64,000 nucleotides of DNA, from NCBI RefSeq assembly GCF_000315625.1, contig NW_005434545.1:120786-184785 (forward strand). Reading direction: 5' to 3'. Under the pieces are notes generated by a model. The model was not told the DNA's origin, did not search any database, and saw only the letters and a list, made by a program, of their open reading frames with translations. Both the position numbers and the translations under genes were made by a program. This DNA comes from Guillardia theta CCMP2712 (Eukaryota > Protista > Cryptophyta). Numbering within the stretch: the first letter of the stretch is position 1; every line of letters begins with the position of its first letter. This document shows positions 13,750-29,372 of this stretch, in pieces.

Positions 13750-13941
13750 AGGCAGAGCGCATCAGGCCTCAACGGGACGAGCATGAATACAATGAGTCAT
13801 AGCGTTTCTTTCCGTGGTGTCAGAATTTGAGTACCAGACTCGTGGGTGGACGAGAAGAAAAGAGACACCCACGCTCCTCATGTGTTTCACAGGCATGAAG
13901 TCCAACAGCAACAAGTTTAGTGTTCACAGGAAGGCTGAGCT

Positions 13942-14433
13942 TTATCCGTAGTTGAGTCGAAAGATGTCGTTGAGGACCCAGAATCCCCCACCTCCTGGGA
14001 GGGGCATGAGGACGAAGGTCTGGCTATACTTGAGAGGAGGACGATCTTCTGCCTCCCCTTCTACTTTGAGGTTGCCGCAAACATGTACCAGAACACCATC
14101 GCCTGCGGTCGGGTGAGAGTCCATGCTGGTGACCTGGTGAGCGACTTGCTGGAAGGGCAGAGACTGTAGCAAGCGCAGATCAGCGACTTGAGAGCAGGAG
14201 AGATCGCACAGGCACCGTGAGCTTGTTCAGAATATTGGCCTGTCCTTGAATCTTCTCTCCCTCCCACGACAACCTACGATGCTCACTCAAACATCGTCCT
14301 TCACGCAACGACATTCAAATTACATCGACTGATCCTGATACAAGCTGCCCAATCCAGCTCTGTTGGTATCGAATGCCTGGTAATAATGGGCTACAAAAGC
14401 CTTCCCAACAGTTTCAAACTGGGGCTCAGCCAT
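13942..14433 (-). CDS. NTF2: Nuclear transport factor 2
   Basis: Three exons: MAEPQFETVGKAFVAHYYQAFDTNRAGLGSLYQDQSM|LSWEGEKIQGQANILNKLT|SLPFQQVAHQ...YSQTFVLMP...FWVLNDIFRLNYG*. Confidence 0.95.
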
Positions 14434-15508
14434 CTATTTAGAAGATATTCGTGTCAGAACGCAAGAGTAACATCGAGGCAGGTCTGAATATGACCAACAC
14501 ATCTGTGCTGCTACTCAACCTCGCAGTCAGTTCACTTGTCTCAAATTCCGAAAGAGGAAACAAACAAGAACTATGATTGATAGAACAACAAAAAAACGTG
14601 GAGACGATGTTTGCACAATGTGATCGTCTCAATCTAGATTCCATTGATCACTACCCTTTCCATCCATCGGGTTGGATGAGCGGATTATTAGTTGAAGCAT
14701 GCGAGACATGTTCATCACATGGAGTTTGAGCTAACACAGCAATAGTCCGTACACAAGAATGGGAAAATATAACACCTTGTAACAGATTTAAGAAGGAGCA
14801 GCAAAAATCATCCCAAACATTCTGGTCAGATTACACAACCCCCTTCGTCACGACCACGCTGCAAGCCCCCCGTCTCCTGCTTCTAAACCTCCTCGTTCCC
14901 AATTCACAATCAGCATCAGCCTTCTTTTACTGCTTTTTCCTCGTCCTCACACATTTTCGGCATGATCCATCGCCTCCTCGTCCTCCTCGTCCTCTTGTTG
15001 TCTAGCGATCCCGCCATGGCACGCGGCGAAAGTTCTGGAGAGGTAACAAGTACCCCACCACCTCTACTACCCCCACCCTCTCTGCCTGTTGCCACCCCCT
15101 TTTCCATCTACACAGTCCTAGGTCCAAAGACATACCCGGGTCCTAGAATCCGTGTTAGGATGAATGCCTCACCCCAACCAGATATCGATCAAGATATTTG
15201 AGGGGGTAGGGTAGACAGTCTGAGGACCCGTAGTTCGGTCAGATCTGGAAGGGGGTGATGATGGAAATTTGAAAATTCAAAATTTAGGTGTATTTTAAAC
15301 CAAAGTTACTGGGATACTTGCCGAATGTCTTCATGAAAATTTGGAAATAAAATGGGAGAATTGTTCAAATTCCAAATTTCTTCAAACAGTTCTGCTTTTT
15401 GAGATTTTGACCCAAAGATCCAAATTCAGCTTTTATGAAACCGAATTGATATTTTGAAAATTATAAAGAAGATTTCAAAATCGGATAGGAACTTGGTCCG
15501 AGGGAGAA

Positions 15509-17858
<2,350 letters not shown>

Positions 17859-17939
17859 TCTGCCAAGTGCTGTAGAATACAAGCTTTCCAACTGAGATTT
17901 TCATGAGGTCTTTTATTCTTGAACGTTTTTCCTACTGCC

Positions 17940-19843
17940 TTACTGGTGAGCGCACTGTACTCGCTGTCCTCCACGCATGTCTTCATCGTCATCCTCGTCA
18001 TAAGCACCAGATCGACCGTGCCCAGTTCCCTTGCCAAGGTTCTGGATGTCGGCGTCATGCATGACAACCTCCTCGGCTTCGTTGTGTGGAGGAACTCCTT
18101 GAGCTGGCGGCAAAGCCTGAAGAATGGTCAGATAATCAGCGTCCAAGGTTTGCCAGAGGAGAGGGGAATGAGTTTTGCGGTGTCTATTTCGTCCATGCTT
18201 TTCATTGTGTTCGAGCACGGTCAGAGAACACCTTTGTCTCAGCAGATATGATAAAATTCCCATAACACAATAGCGCTTGCGTTCAGGAGGACAGTTCTGC
18301 TTGATACAAGAATGCACGAAATACACGCAACTTACCCCGATCAGAGCTTTGACGTCTTCAGGTGCGATGCTTCCGTTCTCAGGGAACTCGATCTCGAACT
18401 TAACGTAAAGCTTGCCCTGTGCTATCGAGTCAGAACGAACATGTCTTCGTCCACTTGCCGACCTTCACGAAAGGATTCTTATGCATGGGCATGCCTTCAT
18501 CTTCAATAGTCTTAACATCGCCAGGACGGATCAGCTCGCCCTCTTTCGTCTTCACAATAAGCTTTCTCTTGTCAAGATGCTCAACGACGAAATGGCAGCC
18601 ACAGAGAGCTTCAACAAGTTTGATCTGACCATGCAAGTCAAAAGCTCGTTGAGAGGAGGAAAACAATGTCATACTCTCTGTTGCATCAACAAGTCATCGC
18701 CCTTCCTAATGAACTTTGGATGCTCTTTCTGTTGTACAACGAAGACGACGTCGCCGGGCAACATTCCAGGCTTCTGATCCGCCTCACCCGCAAACGTGAT
18801 CTTCTGGTTGTGCTTCATACCCTTGTCGATTTGGACCTCAAGCACTTTCTTCTCCTTGGTTGTCTTCTTTCCGCTACATTCTGTGCACTTGTCCTTGGGT
18901 TTGATGCTGGTGCCGGAACCTTCGCAATCCGGGCAGCGAGCTTGCATTTGCTGGATCATACCAGGAGCAATTTGTCTCACAACGAGCTTCACACCATGTC
19001 CATCACATGACTGGCAGGTTGTGTTAGCGTTGGGATTCTTGCTGCCAGATCCATTGCAAGCTGTGCAGATGATGTCCCTGGTGAGGGCAAGCTTCACGGT
19101 CTTTCCGTTGTAGAGGTTTTCCAGATCGACTTGGATCGGATGAACCAAATCCTCCCCTTTCTGCGGACCTCTCTGCCTTCTTCCGCCCCCTCCAAAAAAT
19201 GCAGAGAAAATGTCGTGCGCATCGCCACCTCCTCCTCCACTCTCCACGGCTTCCTCGCCGCCTTCATCGTACAGCTTTCTCTTGTTCTCGTCGGAGAGGA
19301 TCTCGTAAGCTCTGGTGATTTCCTTGAACTAGAAAGCATACATCGTCAAGAAGTACCAGTGACAGTTTCGTAAAAGAGAGAAAGGAGACACAGAGAGAAC
19401 TAAAGATTTGTGCGCATCGGTTAGGAAGAGGAAAATATTTTGATTCAGGCATGAAATTGCAGGAGCACAAGGCTGTTCGACATTAATATTTCTTTCTCAC
19501 CGTTGCTTCGTCTCCACCTAGAATCAAACGTCAATCGATCAAGCATGACAAGCATCTCACGATTAGAAAGAAAAAGAGCGACAAAGCACACGCATGCTTG
19601 AGAGAAATGGACAACAAAACAAGCATGCAAGAGCAGAGGTTCGGAGAGGCAAGTTCTGCTACCTTTGTCCGGATGGTGCTTGATAGCAAGCTTCTTGTAG
19701 GCTTTCTTGATCTCGGAGTCCGACGCGTTCGACTCGAGTCCGAGCACCTTGTAGAGCGAAGTGTTGTCCACCTTTTGTGAGCCTCTTCCAGCGCCACCAG
19801 GAAAGCCTCCTGGAAAGCCATCGAAGCCGCCGCCGAAGAACAT
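17940..19843 (-). CDS. Type I DnaJ/Hsp40 (DNAJA/Ydj1 type) with C-terminal CaaX box
   Basis: J domain with HHPDK, G/F region, CxxCxGxG repeats, DnaJ_C domain, ends VQCAHQ*. Confidence 0.96.
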
Positions 19844-21642
19844 GACGCTGAGGCTTCAGGAGATAACAAGAGAGTGGAACGAGTTCAGGAAGCAAGAGCT
19901 AGGAGGAGAGGAAGAAGAAGGGAGGAAGGACGAGCTGGCTCTGGAATGCAGGAGCGCAGTCGGCGGCGATGCAGGCTGCCTGATCGGCCAGCGGGTGGGG
20001 TGCTCAAGGCATACCAGGGGTACTTTTCTCGAGGTTTATGTGGGTGGTGGTTGATGCATGGGTGTTCGCAGGAGGGGTGGTCACTTGAAAGGCGGGAAAG
20101 TGTGCAGGAGTATGAAAAAAGAAAGTCTCCAGAGGGGTGGGGTAGTCTCAACTGACTTGAGGTGGGGTTATAGGGTACTCAAAGAAAATGGCGGGGTGGT
20201 TTCATGGATTTTCAGGGGTAGTTTATCATATGGGGTGGGGACAAACTAGGAATGTGAGAGGGATGGGCAATATAGACTTCAGAGTCATCGAGAGAAATGC
20301 AACCTAGGGGGGGTAAGGTAGACACCAGTTGGGTACTCAGTTGCTAAGAACATATGGGAGATCGATTCTAGAAGAGATCCTTCAAATATTTCATCACATG
20401 GTGAAAATTGCCAGGAAATAGGTGCTCATTCCTAGGTAGGGTATGTGGACCCTCGAACAAATGGGTTAATATATGGTACAAGGAGGGGTACAGTCGCGAC
20501 ATCACGTGCGAACAGCTAACGCAACGATGAGATTTTTGACCTCTCAAGAAACTAAAAAGGACGGGTAGTAATTTCATTTTGTTTCGTGCGACATTCCGTA
20601 CATTCTCGAAGACTCTTGCAATGGACCCAGGGCCTCTCAGATATAGGGTGGGTCAATAGCTTTCCGAATGGACGTGGGGTAGGGTACCAAACTTAATTGT
20701 ACATGGCCCAAGGACCCGTGATGGTACGTAGATAGGGTATATTATGAGGGACAGGTAGGGTGGTCAGGTGATTCAGGTGGTGGTGCAAACGATGGTGGGT
20801 AGTAATGGGAATTGGTGGGGTAGTGTGAGGAAGATGATGATTGCGTTCAGGAGGTGTAGGCATATAAGGGGAGCCACAGGGTAGTAGGGGTAGTCTAAAC
20901 ACGCGTTTGCGGTACAAAGGGTGGGTACTTTCTGGGGAGAAGGAGAGGTTGGTAAGTTGAACACCCTGTCAGGGGTCGATGACGGGTAGCTAAATCATGA
21001 TGAAAGGTAGGGTGGGGTGGTTGAATCTTTGTCAACAACTGACTAGTACTCACTCAGTCTGACCCGGGAACTAGACCGGGCGGGCCGGGCCCGGTAATTT
21101 GGGGATGAGGGGGGACAGCCCCTACATCAAATACGAAGAGTCAGGATTGACTCTTCATATCGTCCGAATCGGTATGGCAGCGAGCGAGGGGAGATTGCGG
21201 GTAGAGCAGCAGAGATGGCGAGAAGGCTGCAGGCGGAGAGCGGAAACTAGAGCGGTTATAGAGATAGAAAGATATTTGGAGGCAGGACAGGGAGACGGTG
21301 GTGAAGTGGATGAGTTAGTTCAGATGTAGGTACCGATTTGAGACCTGTCCGTGAAGTTTGTCGTGATTCATGCCTCTTTGTCTTTATGCACTCATTCCAA
21401 TTTTCTTTTGTTGAGATTGATTTTGGTATGAGAAATCAAATCTTGCATGGTTTCATTGCGTGTTTGAGTGTTGCAAAGGTTCGGACGTAAATACTGTACG
21501 ATGTATTTCGATATTCCTAATAGAGTATCTTATATGAACATGCTTGTGCTGTATGACTCGGCAGTGTTTTTCGTTCTTTCGTACTTGTTATAAGTATTTG
21601 GCTGAGAAGCTTGCATCGACTGATTTTTTTTTGCCTATAGAG

Positions 21643-21783
21643 ATGTTCACTCAGCTTCACCGCGACTCCTCTGAGTACAACAGCGTTGCTCCCTTCACCA
21701 TGCCTTCCTACAAGTCGGTGATGAGCCAGTACAGCGCCTCCACCTCCACCTACGAGTCCAAGGCCCCCGTCGAGTTCTTGTAA
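21643..21783 (+). CDS. Putative 46-aa microprotein MFTQLHRDSSEYNSVAPFTMPSYKSVMSQYSASTSTYESKAPVEFL
   Basis: No sense codon ends in A; all F/Y/K/E/Q/N/D/H codons use the C/G-ending form. ATG sits just after a polypyrimidine-TAG acceptor, suggesting a 5'UTR intron. Confidence 0.65.
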   Translation: MFTQLHRDSSEYNSVAPFTMPSYKSVMSQYSASTSTYESKAPVEFL

Positions 21784-21930
21784 GCTCCGCATTTGCAGTG
21801 TGACCTCGGAAGGATGTGCGAAGGAGTCTGGGAGATCTCTTCCAGCTGTTTGTGAATAAACTTTCAGTATCACTGAGGTTTTGTAGTTGTGTTGTTACAT
21901 TTTGCTATTTACAAACACAGAATATGACAT

Positions 21931-23722
21931 TCAGAAATGGTGAAACTTTAGCAGTGGTCCTGCAGTTCGTCAATGTGAAAATTTGCAAGCATCATGCTTA
22001 CCTGTCGTTGTTTCGCATATCTCGATGTTCCCGTGCCCGATGACATCTCGCAAGTGAAACCTGTGCAACCTTCACTACCTGCGACCTTGAAGAGGATTCC
22101 ACTTATACCGCATCCCGAGCGTCGAAAATCTCAACCTGATCTTTTCGATCTCCTGCGGATCGCAGGTTGATTAGTTCAGTGCTGTTGAGGGATCAAACGT
22201 AGATACCCTAACAAGCATCTCTGAAAAGCGTCTCTTCGAGATGACCTGCCTAATTGTCACTCCCTACAAAACGATCCTTTTGCCCTCTCACATTGAGAAT
22301 TTCTCTTCGTCCCTGCATGATTTCGTTGAAAAAAGGCCCCATCCCCTTCGTTCAAATTGTTGTCAACCACAATGCGGAATCTTCGGGCAATGCCAAACCG
22401 GAAGAGCAAAGATGAAGGAAAGGTTGTCTCTTTGCACCAGTACGCCACAATCGGTGAGTATCCTCTGGGCTACCTTCACCTGCTTCGTGTTGAGAATGGG
22501 AACAGAGGAGTCCAGCGATCATCACGTCTTCATCGCTCCAGGTTTCTGAGGATCGCAGAGACGATCTGAAAGCATCTTCGACATCGTCAGAGAGCCATTC
22601 TTCTCTCCAAGACAGCAGACCCGGCACGTCGACAAGCTCCGGTGGAGCGAGCTTGAGGAAGTCTTGTAAATCAGATTGCATTATTGTTGGGTGGTGACAC
22701 TGGAGAGGTTTGTTTGAGCATCGAAACAACGAAAGAGGCAACTAGGACCCGACTGATGACACATGCAACGAATCGGCTGAACACTTGAAGCTGTGGTCAC
22801 CAACCTCGAGCAAGCAACAGTCCTGCTCTCTACCTTCTTCCACTCCTCTTTTTGGTCGATTCAGTTCTTCATCGTTCTTAGCTTCTATCTTCTTGCGCTT
22901 CGTTGAGCCTTGACTGCAAAGCTGGTCCGCGATGCGAAAAGCTGGACGAGGGCTATGAAGGAGCAAGGAGATGTCAAGGAGGCACCTGTGTCGATCTGTT
23001 TTTCTTCTCGAGATTCTGTACATCTAGAACGACTAGACAAGGGGCTTCAGACTCCGAACGGACCTGATTCCAAGTTCTCACCTCGCTTTCTTCCTGAACG
23101 TAAGGACTTCTTGCAGGAGGCGCAAATAGTCCGGAGTCTTCATGATCAGCTCATCGTTGGCGTATCCTATGAGCTTGAAAGTCCGGATATCCTGTCGGAA
23201 TATCAGGAACCAGGAAATGTTGTGATAACAGTTTCACCCTCTTCTTGACAGCATTGTCCAGCTGCCGGTCGACTTCGGTTCGGCTCTTGACGATGGAGTA
23301 GATCTGATCATGCACATAGAGGTGAGGATAAGAGAACACCTCCACCCCCTTCCACCCGCAGAGACGGCACCTGCGAGACCAAGACCACAGGGTAGGCGCC
23401 CGCAACTGGGCACTTGGGATACTGTTGTCGCAACAGCTCGAACGCAACCTGAAAGCACGTCACATGTCGCATCCCATTGTACCAGCATCTCTCTTCTGCT
23501 CTATCAAGGGAGACGGTGACATCTTCTCTTTGTTGTCTAGGCGCGGGCAATGGCGGCCAACATACAACAGTGATCGTGGAGGTAAGCATGGCTCACCATG
23601 GCATCGTCTGGCAGCTCACTGAGTATGAGTCTGTTCTCCTCTTCGTCATCTTCCTTCTCGTCGTCCTCCGCCTTCCTCGCGCTCCCTTCGCCATTCCCGG
23701 ATCTCCTCCTTCGTTTCAGCAT
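21931..23722 (-). CDS. STK19: STK19-like winged-helix protein (transcription-coupled repair factor family)
   Basis: Spliced product contains PVVLVSQ|IYSIVKSRTEVDRQLDNAVKKR and C-terminal RRFSEML...STLGMR|FHLRDVIGHGNIEICETTT|GPLLKFHHF*, matching remembered STK19 blocks. N-terminal KRRRR is NLS-like. Confidence 0.75.
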
Positions 23723-23894
23723 TCGGAGCGATCTGAGAATCGCCCGATCATAGGGCGCGCGGCCCGCCGCCCGGCCCGGCCGGGGCCTGACTCGCGGCCG
23801 CCGTGGACTCGGACTCGGCCCGGGCCGTTACTAGTAGGCCCAGGGTTCCGGTGCGGCATCGTAGCACATCCTCCAGCATAGTGACGGTTGTAAG

Positions 23895-26341
23895 ATGGCG
23901 GAGTTGAAGATCAGTCGCTTGTCGCTCAGTATGGCCAGCCGCGATCGGATGAAGATCAGTATCTTGTCCCTGACAGTATGCAGCCGATGAGCCTTGTCGC
24001 CTTCGAGAACTTGAGCCGGAGTCCGAAATGCGGCACTGAATGGTTGAATGTTAGCATGTCACTCTGGCTTGCGGCAGAGCTCTGTTGGTATCCCCCCCGA
24101 GAAATTGCGGCACTGAGCTCAGACTGATCAGACTCTTGCCACAGACGGTCACGGTGACTTAGTGAGTGAAGCATGTCACAGTGTGATGGACTCGGAGGGG
24201 AAGGAACTTCGGAACGATCTTCTGAGACAGTGACTGGGGCCGGCGTTCAAGGGGATCAGCGAGTGTGACAAGCTCTGATGTCAGCATTCAGTTCTGCTAG
24301 GGAGATGACTGTGAATCAGCCGCACACTATGCACGAGGAGGAGGAGGAGGAGGAGAAAGGAGCGCAGACCCCGCTGCAGCGGGATAGTGTGACAATGTTT
24401 CGTGGGACAACAGCAAGGGTCGACCAGGAGGACATGGAGAGGACAAGAGAAGTTGCGAACAAGAGGCGGAACGCCAAAGAAGGGAAGCAGGTTGGAAGCA
24501 AGGCCATGTCGTTCAAGATGAGGTTTCAGAAGCAGACTGCGCACCTGCATGAAGCAGACGAACTCATCCACTCCCTCACTGCTATGAGGGCGATGATTCC
24601 CTGCCGTGACTCCTTGAAGCAAGACCCGTCTGTCAGGTCCATGCTCGACATGGCTACCCTCTCGACGGCAGTCAGTGAGCAGCAGGGGCCCAACCGCGGA
24701 AGAAGCCAGCGCGAACCATCACGCCGATACCAGTGGACAAGATGGTGGTGAGGACCCTGGGGGCCCGAGACGCCTGCCATGAGTTTGTCGTTGAGTTCAG
24801 CAAGAAGTTCCACGAGACGTTCTTGGAGGTCGAAGTCTCCTCCTTGAACAACGTCTACGAGGCCCTTGACTTCTACGTGAGGAAGGGGGAGGCAGCGAGC
24901 CCCACCATGTTCGACATCGGCTCAGCCAAGAAGAACTGCATTCACATCAGGCCGGGCCGGAGCAAGTTCGGGTACGGCAGGTACTACATCGCCGTCGCAT
25001 CCAACGGGCAGACGACGAGGTACAGCATCACGTGCCGGCAGTTGTACTTCCGGCCAGACCTGTTGACCCCGCATGAGAAGGCAGCAAGGACCATGATCAA
25101 CGCCGAGTTGAAGTCGCGCATCCACCAGGCGGAGAGGAGGAGGGCGTACAGCAGGAACGGCTACACGGAAGCGCTCGACAGGAGGAAGTATCTTCAGGAG
25201 ACGTTCAGTGGCGGCAAGGAGACGCCAAGGTGAGACGAGGACCTCTGAGAGGAAGAGATCGACTAAGTTGCTGTGCAGCATGGAGCGATACTCCAAGTGG
25301 ATGAGCGACGTCTGGGAGCCCTTCACTTTCCAGTCGCGCAGTGTCACAGTCAAGGATGACATGTTCAACCCCATCAAGCTGCGACAGGTCCTGTCGGAGA
25401 TTCATCGCTGTAAAACCTACAAGGAGGGAGAGCTGGAGGGAGTCTACGAAGGTTCTCCCCACCCACCCCCTGATTTCTTTCACTCCTCCCCCTCACTTGA
25501 TGCCTTCACTCGTTCCCTCTCAACGCCCCTCTTTAGCTGCTAACCATGTCTCGGCCCCTGACATGCCCTGACCAGGGAGCACGCCGGACGAAGCGTGCAA
25601 GGAGTATCTGCAGTCGTACCTGTCCGCCTCGATCCCTGGGAAACGAGACGTGACAATGTTCTACTCAGAGTCAAGCCAGAGCAAGGTCAGAGGCCGCAAG
25701 TCACCCGTCGAGAAGAACAGATACGAGCTGATGCCGGTCGACCGGAGGATCCTGAGGCTGCTCGCGACGGGCTCTCTTCCGAGCGGGCCTCTTTATGTCC
25801 TCTTAGCCGACGCCGTCGACTTCCGCACGCACTCATGGGAGCACAAGTACCTGCGGGTGAACCAGCACGGGACGGTCCAAGTCTATGACGACAAGGACGA
25901 TCTCAACTTCAGGGAACTCTTCAATCTCCAGGAAATCTCATCAGCAGAGGAGATAGTGCTCGACGAGCAGCCCTCGAACTTTCTCAGCTGCAGGGTCGTC
26001 ACGTCCAAGGTACCCCAGCTGCACCCCAACTCTCCTCTCACTCCCCCCTCCTTCAGGACACCGTCATGCTCGCTGCCACCAAGTTCGAGGACTTTGACAA
26101 GTGGGTCAGAGCCTTCCGCATGTTCGTCAAATATGAAAGTCCGCGGACTAGTCCCACCCCGATCTCCTCCCCCAAGGAAGGCTCATCGCCTCGATTGAAG
26201 GCCAGCTACCGCTCGCAGCTGCTCGAGCTGGAGAGGGCTGATCGCCTCGACGATAAGCGGAGGCCGCTGTCGGCTCAGAGCTGGGGGAACTCCCTGCGGA
26301 GTTTCAAGTCTGCACAATCCTCCAGACGCTCTCTTATATGA
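23895..26341 (+). CDS. PH-domain protein with a central PPC-like beta-sandwich segment (start uncertain)
   Basis: C-terminal SGPLYVL...SWEHKYLRVNQHGTVQVYDD...|DTVMLAATKFEDFDKWVRAFR is PH-like. Central LDFYVRKGEAASPTMFD...GRYYIAV...YSITC. Confidence 0.6.
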
Positions 26342-26419
26342 GCTGATGCATACAGAGTACTCAAGACTCTCGAGACAACAGTATACAAGAGTTTGAGTAG
26401 CAACTCGTTGTAAAGTACA

Positions 26420-27317
26420 CTATGAATGCTCCTGTGTCTTGAACATGGATTCCCCCGCTGGTGAATGCATGAATGATTCCTAAGAAAAGGCGATTTCAGC
26501 GAAGCAAACTCATGCTAGTCAGACGTGTCTTCACCATGGCTAGTGACCATGCAGCAAAGCCTGCACATCCTCCTGCTATCCCCACTCCTCCAGCTGATAG
26601 CACGGGTGACGAGAGTAAAGGGGCAGTTACAAGTCACCTTTGCGTGCTAGGAACGCCCCGGACAAGCAGCCAGCGTAGGCGGAGTTCTTGAGGTCAGAGC
26701 GAGCTCGATACTAGAAGGAGTCAGGCATCAGAGAGAGGAGAAAGACAGGCACAGGGAGGCATCACCCGCTCAACAAGACATTCACTGAGCGAGTATACCG
26801 CCCCGATAGCTGCAAACGTCTTTCCCATGGATTTTGCTTTCGAGGCTGTATGATGCCAGGTCGCTATCGCAGTTTCCTTTGCCGTTGTAGTCTCCGCGGC
26901 CTGTCAAAGAATGCCGTTCAATGCCAGGATGCTCAATCACACACAAGCAGCCGCAATATTTGGCCGAGCAGCGACAAAACGGCAATCATGTCATGTCGGA
27001 GCACACGAGCGAACACACCAACCGTATCCCATCCAACTCACCCTCAGTCCATTCACACCGTCGAAAGGTGCGAGGAATGCGCCCAGAAGGATCCCTCCTC
27101 CTCCTCCGATCGCCCCGCTCATTGCTGTCTTCACCGCGCAATTCTCAGCAAAGAGTCTGTTGAACCCTCCCTGTTGCACCCACGCCTCGAACCTCGCCTG
27201 CCCCTCAGCGAATCCTGCAGCATACGCGTCCTGTGTAGCCTGCATGTTCCGCTGCGGCATCTTCGCCCATGGTGGCGCCATGGTCGACCAACCCCCATGC
27301 CCATCGTTCTTCTCCAT
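26420..27317 (-). CDS. TIM22: Mitochondrial inner membrane translocase, Tim17/22/23 family, Tim22-like
   Basis: ENCAVKTAMSGAIGGGGGILLGAF...SMGKTFAAIGAVYSLSECLVER|RARSDLKNSAYAGCLSGAFLARK|AGGVGIAGGCAGFAAWSLAM. Confidence 0.9.
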
Positions 27318-27613
27318 TTGCTAGCCCGATCCTCATGGGGGTGGGGGTAGTTACCCTACCATGTTTTGGCAGATGATTTCAATTGAAAATTGAGGGTACC
27401 AAATGCTTTGGGCAGGTGGTTTCAGCCGTCAGCCTCCGAGCACATGCACTGTGAATGAGAGGGGATGCGGGCAGACAAACAGACAGCGGGACGGCGGGCG
27501 GGACGGCGGGCGGGACGGCCCGCCCCGGACTCAAGTGAGACACAATTCACCCGGCAGGCTACAAGCCTGAGACTCGAGCTAATCGCTGAGCAGCAGTGGG
27601 TTCATAGTGACAT

Positions 27614-29372
27614 TTACAGTTGCCATACAAGAGCTAAGTTATCATCGCCACCAGACACAAGATGGTTGTCTACAGGCGACGCCGCCACGTCCATGACAGC
27701 GTTCTTATGCCCTGTGAATCGTGCGAGACAAGACCCAGTCTTGCCGTCCCATGCCATGAGAGTCTTGTCAAGGCTGGTGGAGAGAAGCATGTCGCGTGTA
27801 GGATGCCATGCGATCTGATGCATTCGTCAGGAAGTGGAGGAGAGAAAGCATGAGGAGCTGACAGACCTTCGTGACCCCTGCGCGATGCTGGCACATGTAC
27901 CGTGGCACGTCATGGTTCATCTCGTAGACGAAAATCTTACTGTCCAGGCTGCCGAAACGATCATGTGAGAAGGGAAGAGAAGCGAGTGTTGCAGCTGACC
28001 TTGCTGTCGCTATATAGTGTGTGCGAGGTGCGATGGCGACACTCTCCACGCCGTCAGTGTGCTGCCTGTAGGTGGTGACGACCTTGGCTGTGGGAGTTCC
28101 GTCGGCTCCGAAGTGGATGGTGGTGAGGATTGCCGTAGAGTCTTCACTACCCGTGAGGAGGAGATCGCCTTTGGTATCCAAGCATGTCACCCCCCCTTGA
28201 TGGAAGTGCCCGGCGTTCTTCGGGTCCGAAAGGTTCACCAGGCAGCTGCCGTCCTTGGGGTTCCAGATGCGAGCTGAGCAATCTGCCGAGCCGGTGATGA
28301 CTAGCTTCCCGTCCTCTGTGAACTGCCCGCATGTGACGCTGTCGCTGTGGCCGCTCAGGACTGTCATGCACGCCCCGGTCGCCGCGTTCCACATCCAGAT
28401 CGACATGTCAGAGCTGCCTGCGATAATGACGTCACCCTTGCTGTGCCAGTTGATCCAAGTGATGTCCTCCGACGGTCCTTCCAACGTCCTCAGCAGCGAG
28501 CCGTCCATCGGGTTCCAGATCTTTACCAGCCCGTCCATGCCGGCCGACGCCAGCATCGACCCGCTCGCATTGAAGGCGACGCACACGACTGTGTCGGAGT
28601 GTCCGGCCAACACCCTCCTCTCTCCCGTCGACCTGCACCAGCACGCCAGTGAGACAAAGTGGGTGGCAGTGACACAAAACGCACTTGCTCCAAATGGACG
28701 CCGTGTCATCGCCGCTGCCCGTGGCGATGATGTCAGCCATGGTAGGATGAACGGCAACTGAGTAGACTGGATCTGTGTGTCCGATCAACTTTGATGCTGA
28801 CACATCTTCAACTTCCTGGTTAACTCGTGAGTATTGCCAATATTGCTGGAATATTCACATTTAGCACCTCCTCTTCCTCTTCCTCTGCCTCCTCGTCTAC
28901 ATCCTGCCCAGCTTCATCATCGTCGTCTTCTCCCTGCATTTCTTCCATTTCCTCGTCCTCGTCCTCGTCCATGTCTTGGCCCTCCAGCTCAACAATCCTC
29001 CTTCCACCATCGGCTTCTGGGTCAAGGAACACCTCGTCCTCACTATCGGATTCCTCGTTCTCATTTTCGTTGTCAATCCTGGGGACCAGAAGACATTCAG
29101 CACGGAGTTTGCAATTAACTGAATTGTGACAGGTAAATATCTTTGAGAACGAATATAGTCCGACGATCCCCATGGTCGAAATCTCCCCTTCGCGTCACCA
29201 ACATATAAACCCACATAACATCTCCTCAATCTAGCTCAATATCAAAGTCCTCACCACCGTATCGATCTCATCGAGTTAACCACCACAAAAATCCCCAATC
29301 AACATCGTCATCGTCATCGTCTCGTCATGGTTCTTCAACTTACACTTCTTCTTTTTCCATTCCATCCGCCAT
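27614..29372 (-). CDS. WD40 protein, SQT1/AAMP family (uL16 chaperone)
   Basis: Acidic N-terminus, GHTDPVYSV, LEGPSEDITWINWHSKGDVIIAGSSDMSIWMWN, VSGGDDNLALVW. Exon 1 MADGMEKEEV is spliced via intron 29079-29343. Confidence 0.85.

Noticed and set aside
14640-14720. Box C (GTGATGA) in the probable NTF2 5'UTR intron
   Set aside because: No CTGA D box at a suitable distance and no terminal stem.
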